From an uncultured Lachnospiraceae bacterium (GTDB lineage: Bacteria > Bacillota > Clostridia > Eubacteriales > Anaerofustaceae): a stretch of DNA of 40,000 nt. The translations under genes were made by a program, and so were the position numbers. This document shows, one piece after another, positions 8,618 to 19,148 of the stretch. Every line of letters begins with the position of its first letter. Within the stretch, counting starts at the first letter, position 1. The notes under the pieces are model-generated. The model saw only the letters and a list, made by a program, of their open reading frames with translations, had not been told where the DNA came from and did not search any database. The DNA lies in contig CAZTZO010000007.1 of the NCBI GenBank assembly GCA_964618075.1, positions 1 to 40,000 on the forward strand. The letters are read 5' to 3'.

Positions 8618-9862
8618 TTATTCGTTATTTTTATTATTCTCATTCATCATTATAGCATGAATTCTGTTCGGCAGACCATATAACGTGATAAAGCCCTGCG
8701 AATCCATCTGGTCATATACGCAGTCCTTGCCAAAGGTCGCATATTCCTCGCTGTAAAGTGAGTATTTGCTCGTCATTCCTGCTCCTATAATATTACCCTT
8801 ATAAAGCACAAGGCTGACATTTCCCGTCATGTTCTTTTGCGTTTCATCAACAAAAGCCGAGAGAGCCTCTCTTAACGGGGTATACCACTGTCCGTTATAA
8901 ACAAGCTCCGCAAATTCAAGAGCTGCGGTCTGCTTAAACTGGAACGTCGCCTTATCAAGGCATATCTGTTCGAGCATATCATGCGCTTTGTATAAAATCG
9001 TTCCGCCCGGAGTTTCGTATACTCCTCTGCTCTTCATTCCCACGAGTCTGTTTTCCACTATATCAACAGTTCCTATGCCGTGCTTTCCGCCGAGAATATT
9101 CAGCTTTTCAATAAGCTCAACTCCTGCGAGTTTTTCGCCGTTAAGAGCGACGGGTATACCCTTTTCGAATGAAATAGTCAGCTTTTCCTCCTTATCGGGA
9201 GCCTTCTGAGGAGATACGCCCATTTCCAGTATAGAGTCGTATTTGGGCATATTTTGCGTTTCCTCAAGGTCCAGCCCCTCATGAGAAAGATGCCAAAGGT
9301 TTTTATCCTTCGAGTAGCTTGTTTCCTTTGTTATTTTAAGAGGTACGTTGTGGCACCTTGCGTATTCAAGCTCTTCGTCACGGCTCTGTATATCCCAAAT
9401 TCTCCACGGCGCTATGACCGGCATGTTCGGCGCAAAAGCCATTATACCAAGCTCAAAACGAACCTGGTCGTTGCCCTTACCGGTGCATCCGTGAGCTATG
9501 GCATCTGCATTCTCTTTTTTAGCAATTTCGACGATTCTCTTCGCTATGAGCGGACGAGCAAAGGACGTGCCCAAAAGATAGTTATTCTCATACCTTGCTC
9601 CCGCCTTAAGCGTAGGAAAGATATAGTCGTTTACGAATTCTTCTTTAAGGTCTTCTACATATATTTTGGAAGCGCCCGCATTGATAGCCTTTTGCTCGAT
9701 ACCCTCAAGCTCGCCTTTTCCCTGTCCTACATCGGCGGCAACTGCTATTATCTCACAATCGTGGTTTTCCTTTAGCCACGGAATGATTACCGACGTATCG
9801 AGTCCTCCTGAATATGCCAGCACTACTTTTTTATATTTTGTGTTCTTATCGTATTTGTTCAT
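8618..9862 (-). CDS. argG: Argininosuccinate synthase
   Basis: [42 protein letters not shown]-like segment ([14 protein letters not shown]). Confidence 0.97.
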   Translation of the reverse strand: MNKYDKNTKYKKVVLAYSGGLDTSVIIPWLKENHDCEIIAVAADVGQGKGELEGIEQKAINAGASKIYVEDLKEEFVNDYIFPTLKAGARYENNYLLGTSFARPLIAKRIVEIAKKENADAIAHGCTGKGNDQVRFELGIMAFAPNMPVIAPWRIWDIQSRDEELEYARCHNVPLKITKETSYSKDKNLWHLSHEGLDLEETQNMPKYDSILEMGVSPQKAPDKEEKLTISFEKGIPVALNGEKLAGVELIEKLNILGGKHGIGTVDIVENRLVGMKSRGVYETPGGTILYKAHDMLEQICLDKATFQFKQTAALEFAELVYNGQWYTPLREALSAFVDETQKNMTGNVSLVLYKGNIIGAGMTSKYSLYSEEYATFGKDCVYDQMDSQGFITLYGLPNRIHAIMMNENNKNNE

Positions 9863-9874
9863 TTTTGACCTCGC

Positions 9875-9952
9875 AATTATATTTATGCATATTATTGTAT
9901 ATGTTACATCGTAGATTATGGATTGTCAATACATGTATGTATATTTATGCAT
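9875..9952. promoter_or_regulatory. argG promoter flanked by two ARG-box-like sites
   Basis: ATGTATATTTATGCAT at 9937-9952; AATTATATTTATGCAT at 9875-9890; minus-strand TTGACA (9929-9924)/17 bp/TAACAT (9906-9901). Confidence 0.65.
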
Positions 9953-10114
9953 ATTTGAAGACTGATTTATTCTTATATTAATATAATACGTCCTCTTGAA
10001 GCAAAAACAATTAATTATATTGCGAAACCTATAAAAATGATATAAAATACATACATCGGATATGCACTTAAAATATAGCATATCATTTATAGCTTACGAA
10101 AGGAAAAAGGTGCT

Positions 10115-10531
10115 ATGGTAAAACAAGTGTCGGTATTTTTAGAGAACAGAGCAGGCAGACTCAACCAGATCCTCAAGATACTCTCAGAGGAAGGAATAAA
10201 TATTTCGTCCCTCTCAATAGCGGATACAGGAGAATACGGTATCGCAAGACTTATAACCGAGGATCATGAAAAGGCGGTAAAGGCGCTTAGCGCAGACGGC
10301 ATGACCGCAACGGAAACTAACGTCCTTGCCATAGAGCTATCCGATACTCCGGGCGCTCTTTACAACGCAACAAAGACGCTCAGTGACAACGACATAAATG
10401 TTGAGTATGCATATTCTGCGATTCCCTCAAAGACAGGAAGGGCTATAATAATAATTCGTGTAGACGATCTTGAAAAAGCAATCGAGGTAGTAAAAAAAGC
10501 AGAAGGCATCACACCGCTCGAAAGCTTATAA
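10115..10531 (+). CDS. Tandem ACT-domain protein
   Basis: VSVFLENRAGRLNQILKILSEEGINISSLSIADT and LAIELSDTPGALYNATKTLSDNDINVEYAY are two ACT motifs. Confidence 0.88.
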   Translation: MVKQVSVFLENRAGRLNQILKILSEEGINISSLSIADTGEYGIARLITEDHEKAVKALSADGMTATETNVLAIELSDTPGALYNATKTLSDNDINVEYAYSAIPSKTGRAIIIIRVDDLEKAIEVVKKAEGITPLESL

Positions 10532-10583
10532 AACAAACATATTCACGGCAGATAGGCTAAAGAAAGTTAATAATATTAAATAT

Positions 10584-10614
10584 AAAGAACGACCGCATAA
10601 GCGGTCGTTCTTTT
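10584..10614. terminator. Strong bidirectional terminator between convergent genes
   Basis: AAAGAACGACCGC-ATAA-GCGGTCGTTCTTT, a 13-bp perfect stem with a 4-nt loop, followed by a T. Confidence 0.93.
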
Positions 10615-10639
10615 AAAGTATTGTTAAGTTTTAAGAAAC

Positions 10640-12028
10640 TTATTTGGCTTCTCTTGCGTCTATTTCAGCCTGATATTCCACTATGTTCTTCTTCGTGATG
10701 TTGTAACCAACGAGTAAGAGGACAACGCCTATAACAAGGCAGATGCCGGGAACTGTGAATATAGCGTTCGTGATACCGTTAAGGATCTTCGGTGTTACAT
10801 CTGCTGCCGCCATGCCGGATTTGAATCCAGATGAACCGAGAGCTATTGATATAACTATTGAACGACCCATGACGCCGACTTTAAGAGGAAGGTTCTGCAG
10901 ACCCATAACCCAACCTGAGGGGTTCTTGCCTGTTTTCCAGTAAGCGTATACAACTGCATCTGCGTACAGAGCGGATACGAGTGAGTAAACTGCGCCGTAA
11001 CCAAACTGTGCTATTGACAGAAGTGTGATTATCGTCCAAACACCTGCTGTTGCGTAGATGAATTTACCGATAAAGAGGCAGATAGCCATAATCGCGTAAA
11101 CGATTATTGTAGCGTTTCTCGGTGAGAACTTGTTGGCTATGTATCTGCTGCAGTATGCTCCGACAACACCAAGGATGTTGGAAAGGAGCAGGTAAGTTGT
11201 CATAGGAGCCATATTCTTGGCTATGTAGGTGAAGTAATATGCTGCCGTTCCGCCTACGACGAATTTGAACAGCCATCTTGCAAGGTCTGCGAAGAGCAGA
11301 ACTACGAGAGGCAGGTTCTGGAAGAGTGCTTTTACGAGGTCGCCGATCTTTGTCTTTTCGACCTGCTGCTCTTTCGGTTTTGCCAATTCTTCAGCACCGG
11401 TCTCTTCATAACCATCAGTTAATTTGAAGTGGATGAAGTAACCTACTGCCATAAGAGCGCCCCATACAAACGCTACGATAGCGTATGCCATTGTCGGTGT
11501 CTTGACTGAGAGTGCTGCTACGAATGCTTTTACCGTATAAGCTACGAGCACGGATGCTAAGTTGTTCCAAGTTCCTCTCATGGATGAAAGGGCAACTCTG
11601 TCTTCCTGCGTATGTGCTACTACCGGTATGATAGCTACGTTTGCAACATAACCGAAGTTCCAGATTACGTGTGAAAGTATGAATGCTACCGTGATAACTA
11701 CGGCTGCGAGAGCATCGCTTCCCACTTTGAAATATGAGAAGAACAGAATGAAAGGTACGATCCAAGGCGTTACGATGTACCATGAACGATAACGGCCCCA
11801 TTTCATAGGCTTAATGCTGTTGATGATAGCACCGTAGAGCCATGATAAGCATGCATCGACAGTACTTGTGATTGTAGAGATAAGACCTGCTGTAACAACA
11901 TTGAACTGTGCTACGTTTGTGAGGAAGAACATGAAATAATATGTTTCAATGTTCGTCATCGTGTTGAACGCAAAGTCCCCGATACCGAAGAAATACTTCA
12001 GGGAAGTTGACAATTCTTTTTTCTGCAT
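10640..12028 (-). CDS. MFS transporter, glycoside-pentoside-hexuronide (GPH):cation symporter-like
   Basis: Multiple TM segments; N-terminal SLKYFFGIGDFAFNTMTNIETYYFMFFLTNVAQF. Start at MQKKE after AGGAGG; the track ORF extends to 12085. Confidence 0.82.
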   Translation of the reverse strand: MQKKELSTSLKYFFGIGDFAFNTMTNIETYYFMFFLTNVAQFNVVTAGLISTITSTVDACLSWLYGAIINSIKPMKWGRYRSWYIVTPWIVPFILFFSYFKVGSDALAAVVITVAFILSHVIWNFGYVANVAIIPVVAHTQEDRVALSSMRGTWNNLASVLVAYTVKAFVAALSVKTPTMAYAIVAFVWGALMAVGYFIHFKLTDGYEETGAEELAKPKEQQVEKTKIGDLVKALFQNLPLVVLLFADLARWLFKFVVGGTAAYYFTYIAKNMAPMTTYLLLSNILGVVGAYCSRYIANKFSPRNATIIVYAIMAICLFIGKFIYATAGVWTIITLLSIAQFGYGAVYSLVSALYADAVVYAYWKTGKNPSGWVMGLQNLPLKVGVMGRSIVISIALGSSGFKSGMAAADVTPKILNGITNAIFTVPGICLVIGVVLLLVGYNITKKNIVEYQAEIDAREAK

Positions 12029-12131
12029 TGAAGATAATCCTCCTAAAATATTATTTATATAAACGCCGAAACCTTTTCGGCGCATATATCTGCTGTATGT
12101 TTTAGTACACGTCCTTATTTACCGTATCATT

Positions 12132-12160
12132 ATAATAGCATTAATATAAACTGATGTCAA
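12132..12160 (-). promoter_or_regulatory. Sigma-A-like promoter of the GPH transporter
   Basis: Minus strand TTGACA (12160-12155), 17-bp spacer, TATTAT (12137-12132). Confidence 0.55.
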
Positions 12161-12369
12161 TCACAAAAATAAAAAATTGCATTAAAAATAGAAATTACCA
12201 AATATCGTAAAAAATCTTGAATATACTGAATTTAGGGCATTGCCAACATTGATGCACTCTCGATTAATGCATTTAGATTGAACTAAGCCCATTATTCGTA
12301 TCATTATTATTATATATTCCTTAATATCCTCAATAATGCATATTTCGATTGTGCATTGTAAATATTTAT

Positions 12370-12531
12370 TTAAGAAAGCACAAGAGTGTTCAAACAATCG
12401 GACACGGTATACAAAAACGACGCAAGGAGGCTCATTTCATCATTTGTAAGCCCTTCGGACAAAAGCTGCGCTATCACTACAGCCGCCACGTTGATTTCCA
12501 GTCCGTCAAAAACAAAACCCTCGTTATCCAT
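12370..12531 (-). CDS. Small hypothetical protein (53 aa), possibly DUF6774-like
   Basis: My translation: MDNEGFVFDGLEINVAAVVIAQLLSEGLTNDEMSLLASFLYTVSDCLNTLVLS. RBS-like AGAGGTGAGT before ATG; not in the supplied track. Confidence 0.55.
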   Translation of the reverse strand: MDNEGFVFDGLEINVAAVVIAQLLSEGLTNDEMSLLASFLYTVSDCLNTLVLS

Positions 12532-12724
12532 ACTCACCTCTTAATAAACGTACTATGACGTACATACTATATAAATATTCTTAAACGGGGAATTCGGTGA
12601 TATTAATATTTATGTTTTAAATGTCTTGTTATGTGTTATAATAATACAAATTTACTTAAGCATCGGTCATATGCGGTCTTATACACTATTTAAAGGGAAA
12701 ACCGCGAAAGGATTAATTGAAGAG

Positions 12725-13786
12725 ATGAAAGTACTCGTTGTCGGTTCAGGCAGCTGTGAACATTCAATAATAGAGAAGCTAAATAAAAGCGAGCTGTGCG
12801 AAAAAGTATATTGCGCTCCGGGCAACGCCGGCATTGCTCGGAGCGCAACGTGCGTAAATATACCCTCCGCAAACGTTCAGGCTCTTGCGGATTTTGCCGA
12901 AGACAAGCAAATAGCGCTAACCATAACCTGCTCCCATGTTCCGGCTCAGCACAACATATGCGACGTCTTTGCCTCAGAGGGACTAAAAGTATTCTCTCCG
13001 AGCGTTGAAGCGGCGGCTTTTTTTACGAAGGAAGACAAAAAGGAAGCGTTTTATAAAAAATACTCCTTTCCCAGAAATACAGGCAAGAAAACTATCAGAA
13101 GCATATACATTATAGCTTTATGCGATTCTCATACGCTCGTATGTCTTCCCCCATGCAAATTCTATGAAAAGCTCTACGACAACGGCGAAGGGCCTATGAC
13201 AAGCGGTATGGGAGCGTACTCTCCTTACCACTACAAGGACAACAAGCTAAAAACAAAAATAATGAGCTTCATTACCGACGACTTTGCCAAAGCCATAAAG
13301 CGTGAGGGAATACGCTACAAGGGATTGTTAAGCTTTAAGATACTTATAGGCGAGGACGAATTCTTTATAGGCGATATCTCCTCGCATATCCCCGGCATAG
13401 TCATAGCCTCGGCACTGCCCCTTTTGGAAAACGACCTTTTAAAGCTGGTGCTCAGCGCAACCGATGAAACGCTTACTCAAAATATGATAAAGCTTTCTTC
13501 GCGTGCATGCGCCTGTGTAATGATTGCCTCAGGAGGATATCCTCACGAGTACAAAAAAGGCTTCCCGATAACCATGCCGCCTCCCAAATACAACGTGGAG
13601 CTGCTTCACGGAGGAACTATCCTTAAAAACGGCACATACTATACGGACGCAGGTCATGTGCTGACGGTGCGTGCTACGGGCCCTTCGCTCGAAGCTTCAA
13701 GAGAGGCTGCCTATGACAGTATATCCAAGCTCAACTTCAGCGGTATGTATTATCGCAGCGACATAGGGAGAGAATATAAGCAATGA
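12725..13786 (+). CDS. PurD-like protein (phosphoribosylamine-glycine ligase homolog) lacking part of the ATP-grasp domain
   Basis: MKVLVVGSGSCEHSIIEKL...VYCAPGNAGIA, GPMTSGMGAYSP, ASGGYPHEYKKG and NFSGMYYRSDIGREY match PurD ends. The region between YSFPRNTGKK and IIALCDS lacks about 75 expected residues. Confidence 0.78.
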   Translation: MKVLVVGSGSCEHSIIEKLNKSELCEKVYCAPGNAGIARSATCVNIPSANVQALADFAEDKQIALTITCSHVPAQHNICDVFASEGLKVFSPSVEAAAFFTKEDKKEAFYKKYSFPRNTGKKTIRSIYIIALCDSHTLVCLPPCKFYEKLYDNGEGPMTSGMGAYSPYHYKDNKLKTKIMSFITDDFAKAIKREGIRYKGLLSFKILIGEDEFFIGDISSHIPGIVIASALPLLENDLLKLVLSATDETLTQNMIKLSSRACACVMIASGGYPHEYKKGFPITMPPPKYNVELLHGGTILKNGTYYTDAGHVLTVRATGPSLEASREAAYDSISKLNFSGMYYRSDIGREYKQ

Positions 13787-14472
13787 AAATGAAACAATTA
13801 AAAGAAATGCTTATACAAAACGACTGTTTGATAAGTGAAAGAATGATAAAGTATTACATTCAAACAGGCCTTATACCTGCGCCCGAATATACCGAAGTCA
13901 ATCAGGCAAACTATTCGCGTCTTATAGCCGTAAGACTTATAAGGATAAACTCTTACAAGGATGTGGGCATGAGCTTTCCCAAAATAAAGGAGCTGTTTTT
14001 AAAGGACGACGAATATATAAAGCAAATTGCCGACAAAAACGGCGTTAACTCTGATGATAAGGCTCTTATTGACGAGATTGCCTCAAAGGAATATATGGAA
14101 TATATCTCATCGTTAAGCGATAAAACAAAATGCTTTTCACGCGACGAGCTTATGAAGAATTCTCACTGCGACGAGCTTGTATTCAGACTGGCGTGCGACA
14201 CGGGAGCGCTTGAAGACAAAAAAGAATATTCACATAACGACATGCTGATACTTATGTGTATATCCGAAATATTCAAATCCCACCTTAACGAGGACAAGAC
14301 CGATACCATAGAAAAGATAAGCGACATTTCAAAGATAAACAACATTTCGGCGCAGCTTGTGAACATATACTTCAAAAACGGCGACAAGGCATGGCTGTAC
14401 CGCATGCTCTGTGAAAATCTGATCGAGGAAAAATCAAGAATAAATGAAAACAAAACAACAGCTGACTCGTAA
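13783..14472 (+). CDS. MerR-like HTH protein
   Basis: Winged-HTH pattern [21 protein letters not shown]...[30 protein letters not shown]. Overlaps the preceding stop and the lepA start. Confidence 0.68.
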   Translation: MKMKQLKEMLIQNDCLISERMIKYYIQTGLIPAPEYTEVNQANYSRLIAVRLIRINSYKDVGMSFPKIKELFLKDDEYIKQIADKNGVNSDDKALIDEIASKEYMEYISSLSDKTKCFSRDELMKNSHCDELVFRLACDTGALEDKKEYSHNDMLILMCISEIFKSHLNEDKTDTIEKISDISKINNISAQLVNIYFKNGDKAWLYRMLCENLIEEKSRINENKTTADS

Positions 14473-16249
14473 TTTTTGTATAATTGCGCATATAGACCAC
14501 GGCAAATCGACTCTCGCTGACAGGCTCATCGAAATGACCGGTCTTATTCCGAAGCGGGAAATGACCGCGCAGATACTTGACAAGATGGATCTTGAAAGAG
14601 AACGCGGTATCACGATAAAGCTTCAGGCTGTACGTCTTATATATAAGGCGAAGGATAATTGCGAGTATTATTTAAACCTTATAGACACGCCGGGACACGT
14701 TGATTTTACATATGAGGTATCACGCTCTCTTGCTGCCTGCGAGGGCGCCATCCTGATAGTGGACGCAACTCAGGGTATACAGGCGCAAACTCTTGCAAAC
14801 GTGTATCTTGCCATGGATAACGACCTTGAGATAATTCCCGTAATAAACAAGATAGACCTTCCGAGCGCAGACACGCAGATGGCGATTGAAGAAATAGAGG
14901 ATTTTATTGGCCTTCCCGCACAGGACGCGGCTCTTATCAGTGCAAAAGAGGGCATTAACATAGACAGGGTTTTGGAGGATATAGTACAAAAGATACCGCC
15001 TCCTGCCGACAACAGCCAAAAGCCTTTAAGGGCTCTTGTTTTCGATTCTTATTACGACAGCTACCGAGGCGTAATCATAAGCGTGAGGATCGTTGACGGA
15101 AAGGTAGCTTCAGGGGACAAAATACTGTTCATGGCTTCAAACAAAGCCTTTGAGGTCGACGAGGTGGGCGTATTTACGGACGTACTGCTTCCCACAGACG
15201 AGCTTTCAAGCGGCGATGTGGGTTACATAACGGCAAATATCAAAACCGTCGGGGACACGAGAGTCGGCGACACCGTTACTCTGTATTCAAACAGGGCAAG
15301 CGAGGCTCTGCCGGGTTATAAAAAAATAAACCCCATGGTCTACTGCGGCTTATACCCTGCCGACGGAAGCAAATACGAGGATCTGAAGGAATCCCTCTCC
15401 CGATTAAAGCTCAACGACGCTTCGCTTACCTTTGAGGCTGAAACGAGCGCGGCTCTCGGGTTTGGTTTTAGATGCGGTTTTTTGGGACTTTTGCACCTTG
15501 AGGTCACATTGGAGCGACTTGACCGTGAATATGATTTAGACTTGATAACCACTGCGCCGAGCGTCGTTTACAGGGTAATAAAGACAGACGGAACATGCTT
15601 AGAGGTCGACAACCCCACAAACATGCCCGATGCCGGCGTTATAGATTATATGGAGGAGCCCTTCGTCGAAGCAAGCGTAATGGTACCCTCGGAATATGTG
15701 GGAAGCGTAATGAGTCTGTGTCAGAACAGGCGCGGTATTTTTGAAACCATGGAATACACATACGAAAACCGAGTGCTGCTTAAATACGAGCTGCCCTTAA
15801 ACGAAATCATATACGATTTTTTCGATGCTCTGAAATCAAGAACAAAGGGATATGCCTCTTTAGACTACGAGCTGAAGGATTACCGCAGGAGCAATCTTGT
15901 CAAGCTGGATATATACCTAAACGGAGAAATAGTCGACGCTCTGTCGTTTATCGTACACGCTGACAGCGCATATACAAGAGGCAGAAAAATAGCCGAAAAA
16001 CTCAAGGACGAAATACCGAAGCATATGTTTGAAATACCCGTACAGGCAGCCGTCGGAGGCAAAATAATAGCCCGTGAAACTGTAAGAGCTCTCAGAAAAG
16101 ACGTTATTGCCAAGTGCTACGGCGGAGATATTTCAAGGAAAAGAAAGCTTTTGGAGAAGCAAAAGGAAGGCAAGAAGCGCATGAGGCAGATCGGCAAGGT
16201 GCAGGTTCCTCAGGAGGCGTTTATGGCGGTTTTAAAGCTCGATGAATGA
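14444..16249 (+). CDS. lepA: Elongation factor 4 (LepA) GTPase
   Basis: [64 protein letters not shown], and the LepA C-terminus [25 protein letters not shown]. Confidence 0.98.
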   Translation: MKTKQQLTRNFCIIAHIDHGKSTLADRLIEMTGLIPKREMTAQILDKMDLERERGITIKLQAVRLIYKAKDNCEYYLNLIDTPGHVDFTYEVSRSLAACEGAILIVDATQGIQAQTLANVYLAMDNDLEIIPVINKIDLPSADTQMAIEEIEDFIGLPAQDAALISAKEGINIDRVLEDIVQKIPPPADNSQKPLRALVFDSYYDSYRGVIISVRIVDGKVASGDKILFMASNKAFEVDEVGVFTDVLLPTDELSSGDVGYITANIKTVGDTRVGDTVTLYSNRASEALPGYKKINPMVYCGLYPADGSKYEDLKESLSRLKLNDASLTFEAETSAALGFGFRCGFLGLLHLEVTLERLDREYDLDLITTAPSVVYRVIKTDGTCLEVDNPTNMPDAGVIDYMEEPFVEASVMVPSEYVGSVMSLCQNRRGIFETMEYTYENRVLLKYELPLNEIIYDFFDALKSRTKGYASLDYELKDYRRSNLVKLDIYLNGEIVDALSFIVHADSAYTRGRKIAEKLKDEIPKHMFEIPVQAAVGGKIIARETVRALRKDVIAKCYGGDISRKRKLLEKQKEGKKRMRQIGKVQVPQEAFMAVLKLDE

Positions 16250-17384
16250 CGCACTTAGCATATATATCCATATACCCTACTGTGCTTCAAAATGCAGCTA
16301 CTGCGATTTTTTTTCGCTTGCAGGTTCAGACGACACTATCCAAAATTATTTTGACGCGCTTAAAAAGGAAATAAAACACAGCTACGCATCCCTTGACAAG
16401 CGAGGAATCGACACTATATATATCGGAGGGGGAACTCCCTCGTATGTAAATGAAAAATATATCGCAGATACGCTTGATTGTGTCTGTGACGTTTTTCATT
16501 TGAGCGAAAACTGCGAGATATCCATTGAATCAAACCCAAACTCGCTTTCAAAGCAAAAGTGTATCTCCTACAAGCATAGCGGAGTAAACCGAATAAGTCT
16601 GGGAGTACAGGCAATAAGGAATTCAACTCTTAAAAGGATAGGAAGGATACATACCTTTGAGGATATACAAAAAGCCGTAAGCAATATTAAGGATACCGGC
16701 TTTGATAACTTCAACTTCGATTTGATGGCATCTCTTCCTCTTCAGGGAAAGGACGAATTCACAAAAGCTTTGGAATGGTGTGTATCCTCTAAGCCCTCTC
16801 ACATAAGCGCCTATTCGCTTACTCTGGAAAAGGGCACTAAAATGTACGACGAGTACGAAAGCGGCAAATACACACAAAACGACGATATCGACAGACAGAT
16901 GTACGCGCTTACTAATGAGATACTCAGTAAACACGGCTTTTACAGATACGAAATATCAAACTATGCGCTTAAAGGATATGAGTGCCGCCATAATTTAAAC
17001 TGCTGGAATTTTTCAGACTATATCGGCTTCGGAAGCGCCGCATGCTCCTTTTATAACAACAAACGCATACAAAACGAAAATGATATCATAAGCTATATAA
17101 ATAGAATAAATAACGGTATTTATCTAACCGATTCCTCCCTTATCGAACAAAGTCCTCCAAACGTGCTTTACTCGGAATACATGATGCTGGGCCTAAGAAA
17201 AACCTCCGGTGTAAACATAAAAGATTTCTGTGAACACTTCAATACACCCTTCCCGAAAAAATTTTCCTCTCAGGCAAAGCTCTTTGAGAAAGAGGGGCTG
17301 GTTAGCTGTGAAAACGGCAAAATAGCCTTAAGCGACAGGGGTCTGGATTTTGCTAATTATGTAATGAGAGGTTTTTTTGATTAA
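16242..17384 (+). CDS. hemW: Radical SAM heme chaperone HemW (coproporphyrinogen III oxidase-like)
   Basis: [20 protein letters not shown] (CxxxCxxC), [22 protein letters not shown]. Confidence 0.93.
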   Translation: MNDALSIYIHIPYCASKCSYCDFFSLAGSDDTIQNYFDALKKEIKHSYASLDKRGIDTIYIGGGTPSYVNEKYIADTLDCVCDVFHLSENCEISIESNPNSLSKQKCISYKHSGVNRISLGVQAIRNSTLKRIGRIHTFEDIQKAVSNIKDTGFDNFNFDLMASLPLQGKDEFTKALEWCVSSKPSHISAYSLTLEKGTKMYDEYESGKYTQNDDIDRQMYALTNEILSKHGFYRYEISNYALKGYECRHNLNCWNFSDYIGFGSAACSFYNNKRIQNENDIISYINRINNGIYLTDSSLIEQSPPNVLYSEYMMLGLRKTSGVNIKDFCEHFNTPFPKKFSSQAKLFEKEGLVSCENGKIALSDRGLDFANYVMRGFFD

Positions 17385-17468
17385 AACATTATTAATATAG
17401 CCATTTATGTATTTTATTTCGCTAAATCACTTGACAATGACCGCGTATAATGATAAATTTATTGCATG

Positions 17469-17495
17469 TTAGCACTCAATACATCAGAGTGCTAA
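17469..17495 (+). promoter_or_regulatory. CIRCE operator
   Basis: TTAGCACTC-N9-GAGTGCTAA, a perfect match to the consensus 18 nt before the hrcA ATG. Confidence 0.98.
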
Positions 17496-17512
17496 CAAAA
17501 AGGGGTTTTGAT

Positions 17513-18556
17513 ATGAACAAGGAAGACAGAAAGTTCGATATACTGTATTCAATAATAAAAGACTATATCAAAACAGCAGAACCCGTCGGCTCGCGAACGA
17601 TAGAGAAGAAGTACAATATAGGAATATCTTCCGCTACTATCCGCAACGAGATGGCTGATTTAGAGGAGATGGGTTATCTTTTGCAGCCGCATACGTCGGC
17701 AGGCAGAATACCCTCGGATAAGGCTTACAGGCTTTATGTGGATCAGTTCATGAAGACGATGGATATAGACAGCTATATATCCAAGGACGTCAGAGAGCTT
17801 TACAACCATTACTTCGGGGAATTAAACGAAGTACTTAAAAAGACGGCTCAGGTGCTTACGAAGCTGACAAACCTGACTTCTCTTATCACGATGCCGAATA
17901 TGTCCGGATTAAATATTAAGGATATACGAATAATACCGATAGAAAAAGAGAGAATACTGCTTGTCGTAATAACCAAGCAGGGTATAGTCAGAAACACTGA
18001 GCTTCGCTTAAGCTACGAAGCAGCGCAGGAAAGCCTTGACAAGCTTACAAATTTTCTGAACTTGTGCATAAACGACTTGCACGCGGAAATAGCGATTGCA
18101 AACTTCACTCAGGCAATAGACCAGCTGACCCCGCCCGAGCAAAAGATACTATCTGAAATAGTCGAAGCAATAAAAGTGATTTTCTCCGAGCAGAAGGAAT
18201 CAACAGTATATTCCAACGGCATAACGGAGATATTCAGATATCCGGAATTTCGCAACGATATGGATAAGGCGAAGAATTTTTTGGAGGCTCTGCACAGACA
18301 GGATTTACTCGCTCACTTATTTACGATAGCCGAAAACGACAGCGTAAATATTAGGATAGGCAACGAAAACGGCTGCGACGAGCTTGCAGACTGCTCTGTG
18401 GTGAGCGCAACATACAAGCTCAACGGAAGACCCATAGGCACAGTCGGAATAGTCGGGCCGACAAGGATTGATTACGACTACTGTGTTTCGGTGCTCAACG
18501 CAATGACAAAGGAGCTGACGAATCACCTTAACGAATCGATTGGAGGAAAAGACTGA
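17513..18556 (+). CDS. hrcA: Heat-inducible transcription repressor HrcA
   Basis: MNKEDRKFDILYSIIKDYIKTAEPVGSRTI...SSATIRNEMADLEEMGYLLQPHTSAGRIPSDKAYRLYV. Confidence 0.97.
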   Translation: MNKEDRKFDILYSIIKDYIKTAEPVGSRTIEKKYNIGISSATIRNEMADLEEMGYLLQPHTSAGRIPSDKAYRLYVDQFMKTMDIDSYISKDVRELYNHYFGELNEVLKKTAQVLTKLTNLTSLITMPNMSGLNIKDIRIIPIEKERILLVVITKQGIVRNTELRLSYEAAQESLDKLTNFLNLCINDLHAEIAIANFTQAIDQLTPPEQKILSEIVEAIKVIFSEQKESTVYSNGITEIFRYPEFRNDMDKAKNFLEALHRQDLLAHLFTIAENDSVNIRIGNENGCDELADCSVVSATYKLNGRPIGTVGIVGPTRIDYDYCVSVLNAMTKELTNHLNESIGGKD

Positions 18557-18558
18557 AA

Positions 18559-19131
18559 TTGGATAAAAACGAAGAGAAGATTCTCGACGAGGAGCTTGAT
18601 AAAATACTTGCCGATGACGAGTGTGAAGAGGTTCAAAGCGAGGAATTCGAATCTCAGCAAGAACAGACAAATAAGGAAAATGACTCAGACAAGCTTAAAC
18701 AATTGGAAGAAAAGCTCAAGGAAGCCGAGGACAAATACTTAAGGCTTTACGCCGATTTCGAAAACTTTCGTAAACGCTCTTTAAAGGAAAAAACAGACGC
18801 TCTTATATATGCTTCATCTCCCATTATGGAAAAGCTTATAAATGTAGTCGATAATTTCGACAGAGCGCTGACAGACAGCGAGGACGACAGCCCGCTTTGC
18901 GAAGGAATGAAGATGGTGCAAAAGCAGCTGAATGAAATATTGTCCAGCGAGGGCTTGAAGGAAATAAAAACCACGGGCGAACAATTCGACCCGAATATAC
19001 ACAACGCGGTAATGGTTGAAAACAACGCGGACGTGCCCGACGAGCAGATCGTAAACGAGCTGCAAAAAGGTTACGTCTATAAAGATAAAGTAATAAGACC
19101 GTCCATGGTCACGGTCAATAAACACGAATAA
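18559..19131 (+). CDS. grpE: Nucleotide exchange factor GrpE (TTG start)
   Basis: [18 protein letters not shown]...[12 protein letters not shown]...[12 protein letters not shown]; located between hrcA and dnaK. Confidence 0.96.
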   Translation: MDKNEEKILDEELDKILADDECEEVQSEEFESQQEQTNKENDSDKLKQLEEKLKEAEDKYLRLYADFENFRKRSLKEKTDALIYASSPIMEKLINVVDNFDRALTDSEDDSPLCEGMKMVQKQLNEILSSEGLKEIKTTGEQFDPNIHNAVMVENNADVPDEQIVNELQKGYVYKDKVIRPSMVTVNKHE

Positions 19132-19148
19132 TCAGGAGGATAAATATC

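Noticed and set aside
8988-9914. Plus-strand ORFs 8988..9209, 9254..9775, 9666..9914
   Set aside because: Antisense to argG or its leader; low-complexity shadow ORFs.
12182-12397. Minus-strand ORF 12182..12397 (71 aa)
   Set aside because: Very AT-rich, no RBS or domain, and overlaps the better-supported small ORF 12370..12531.
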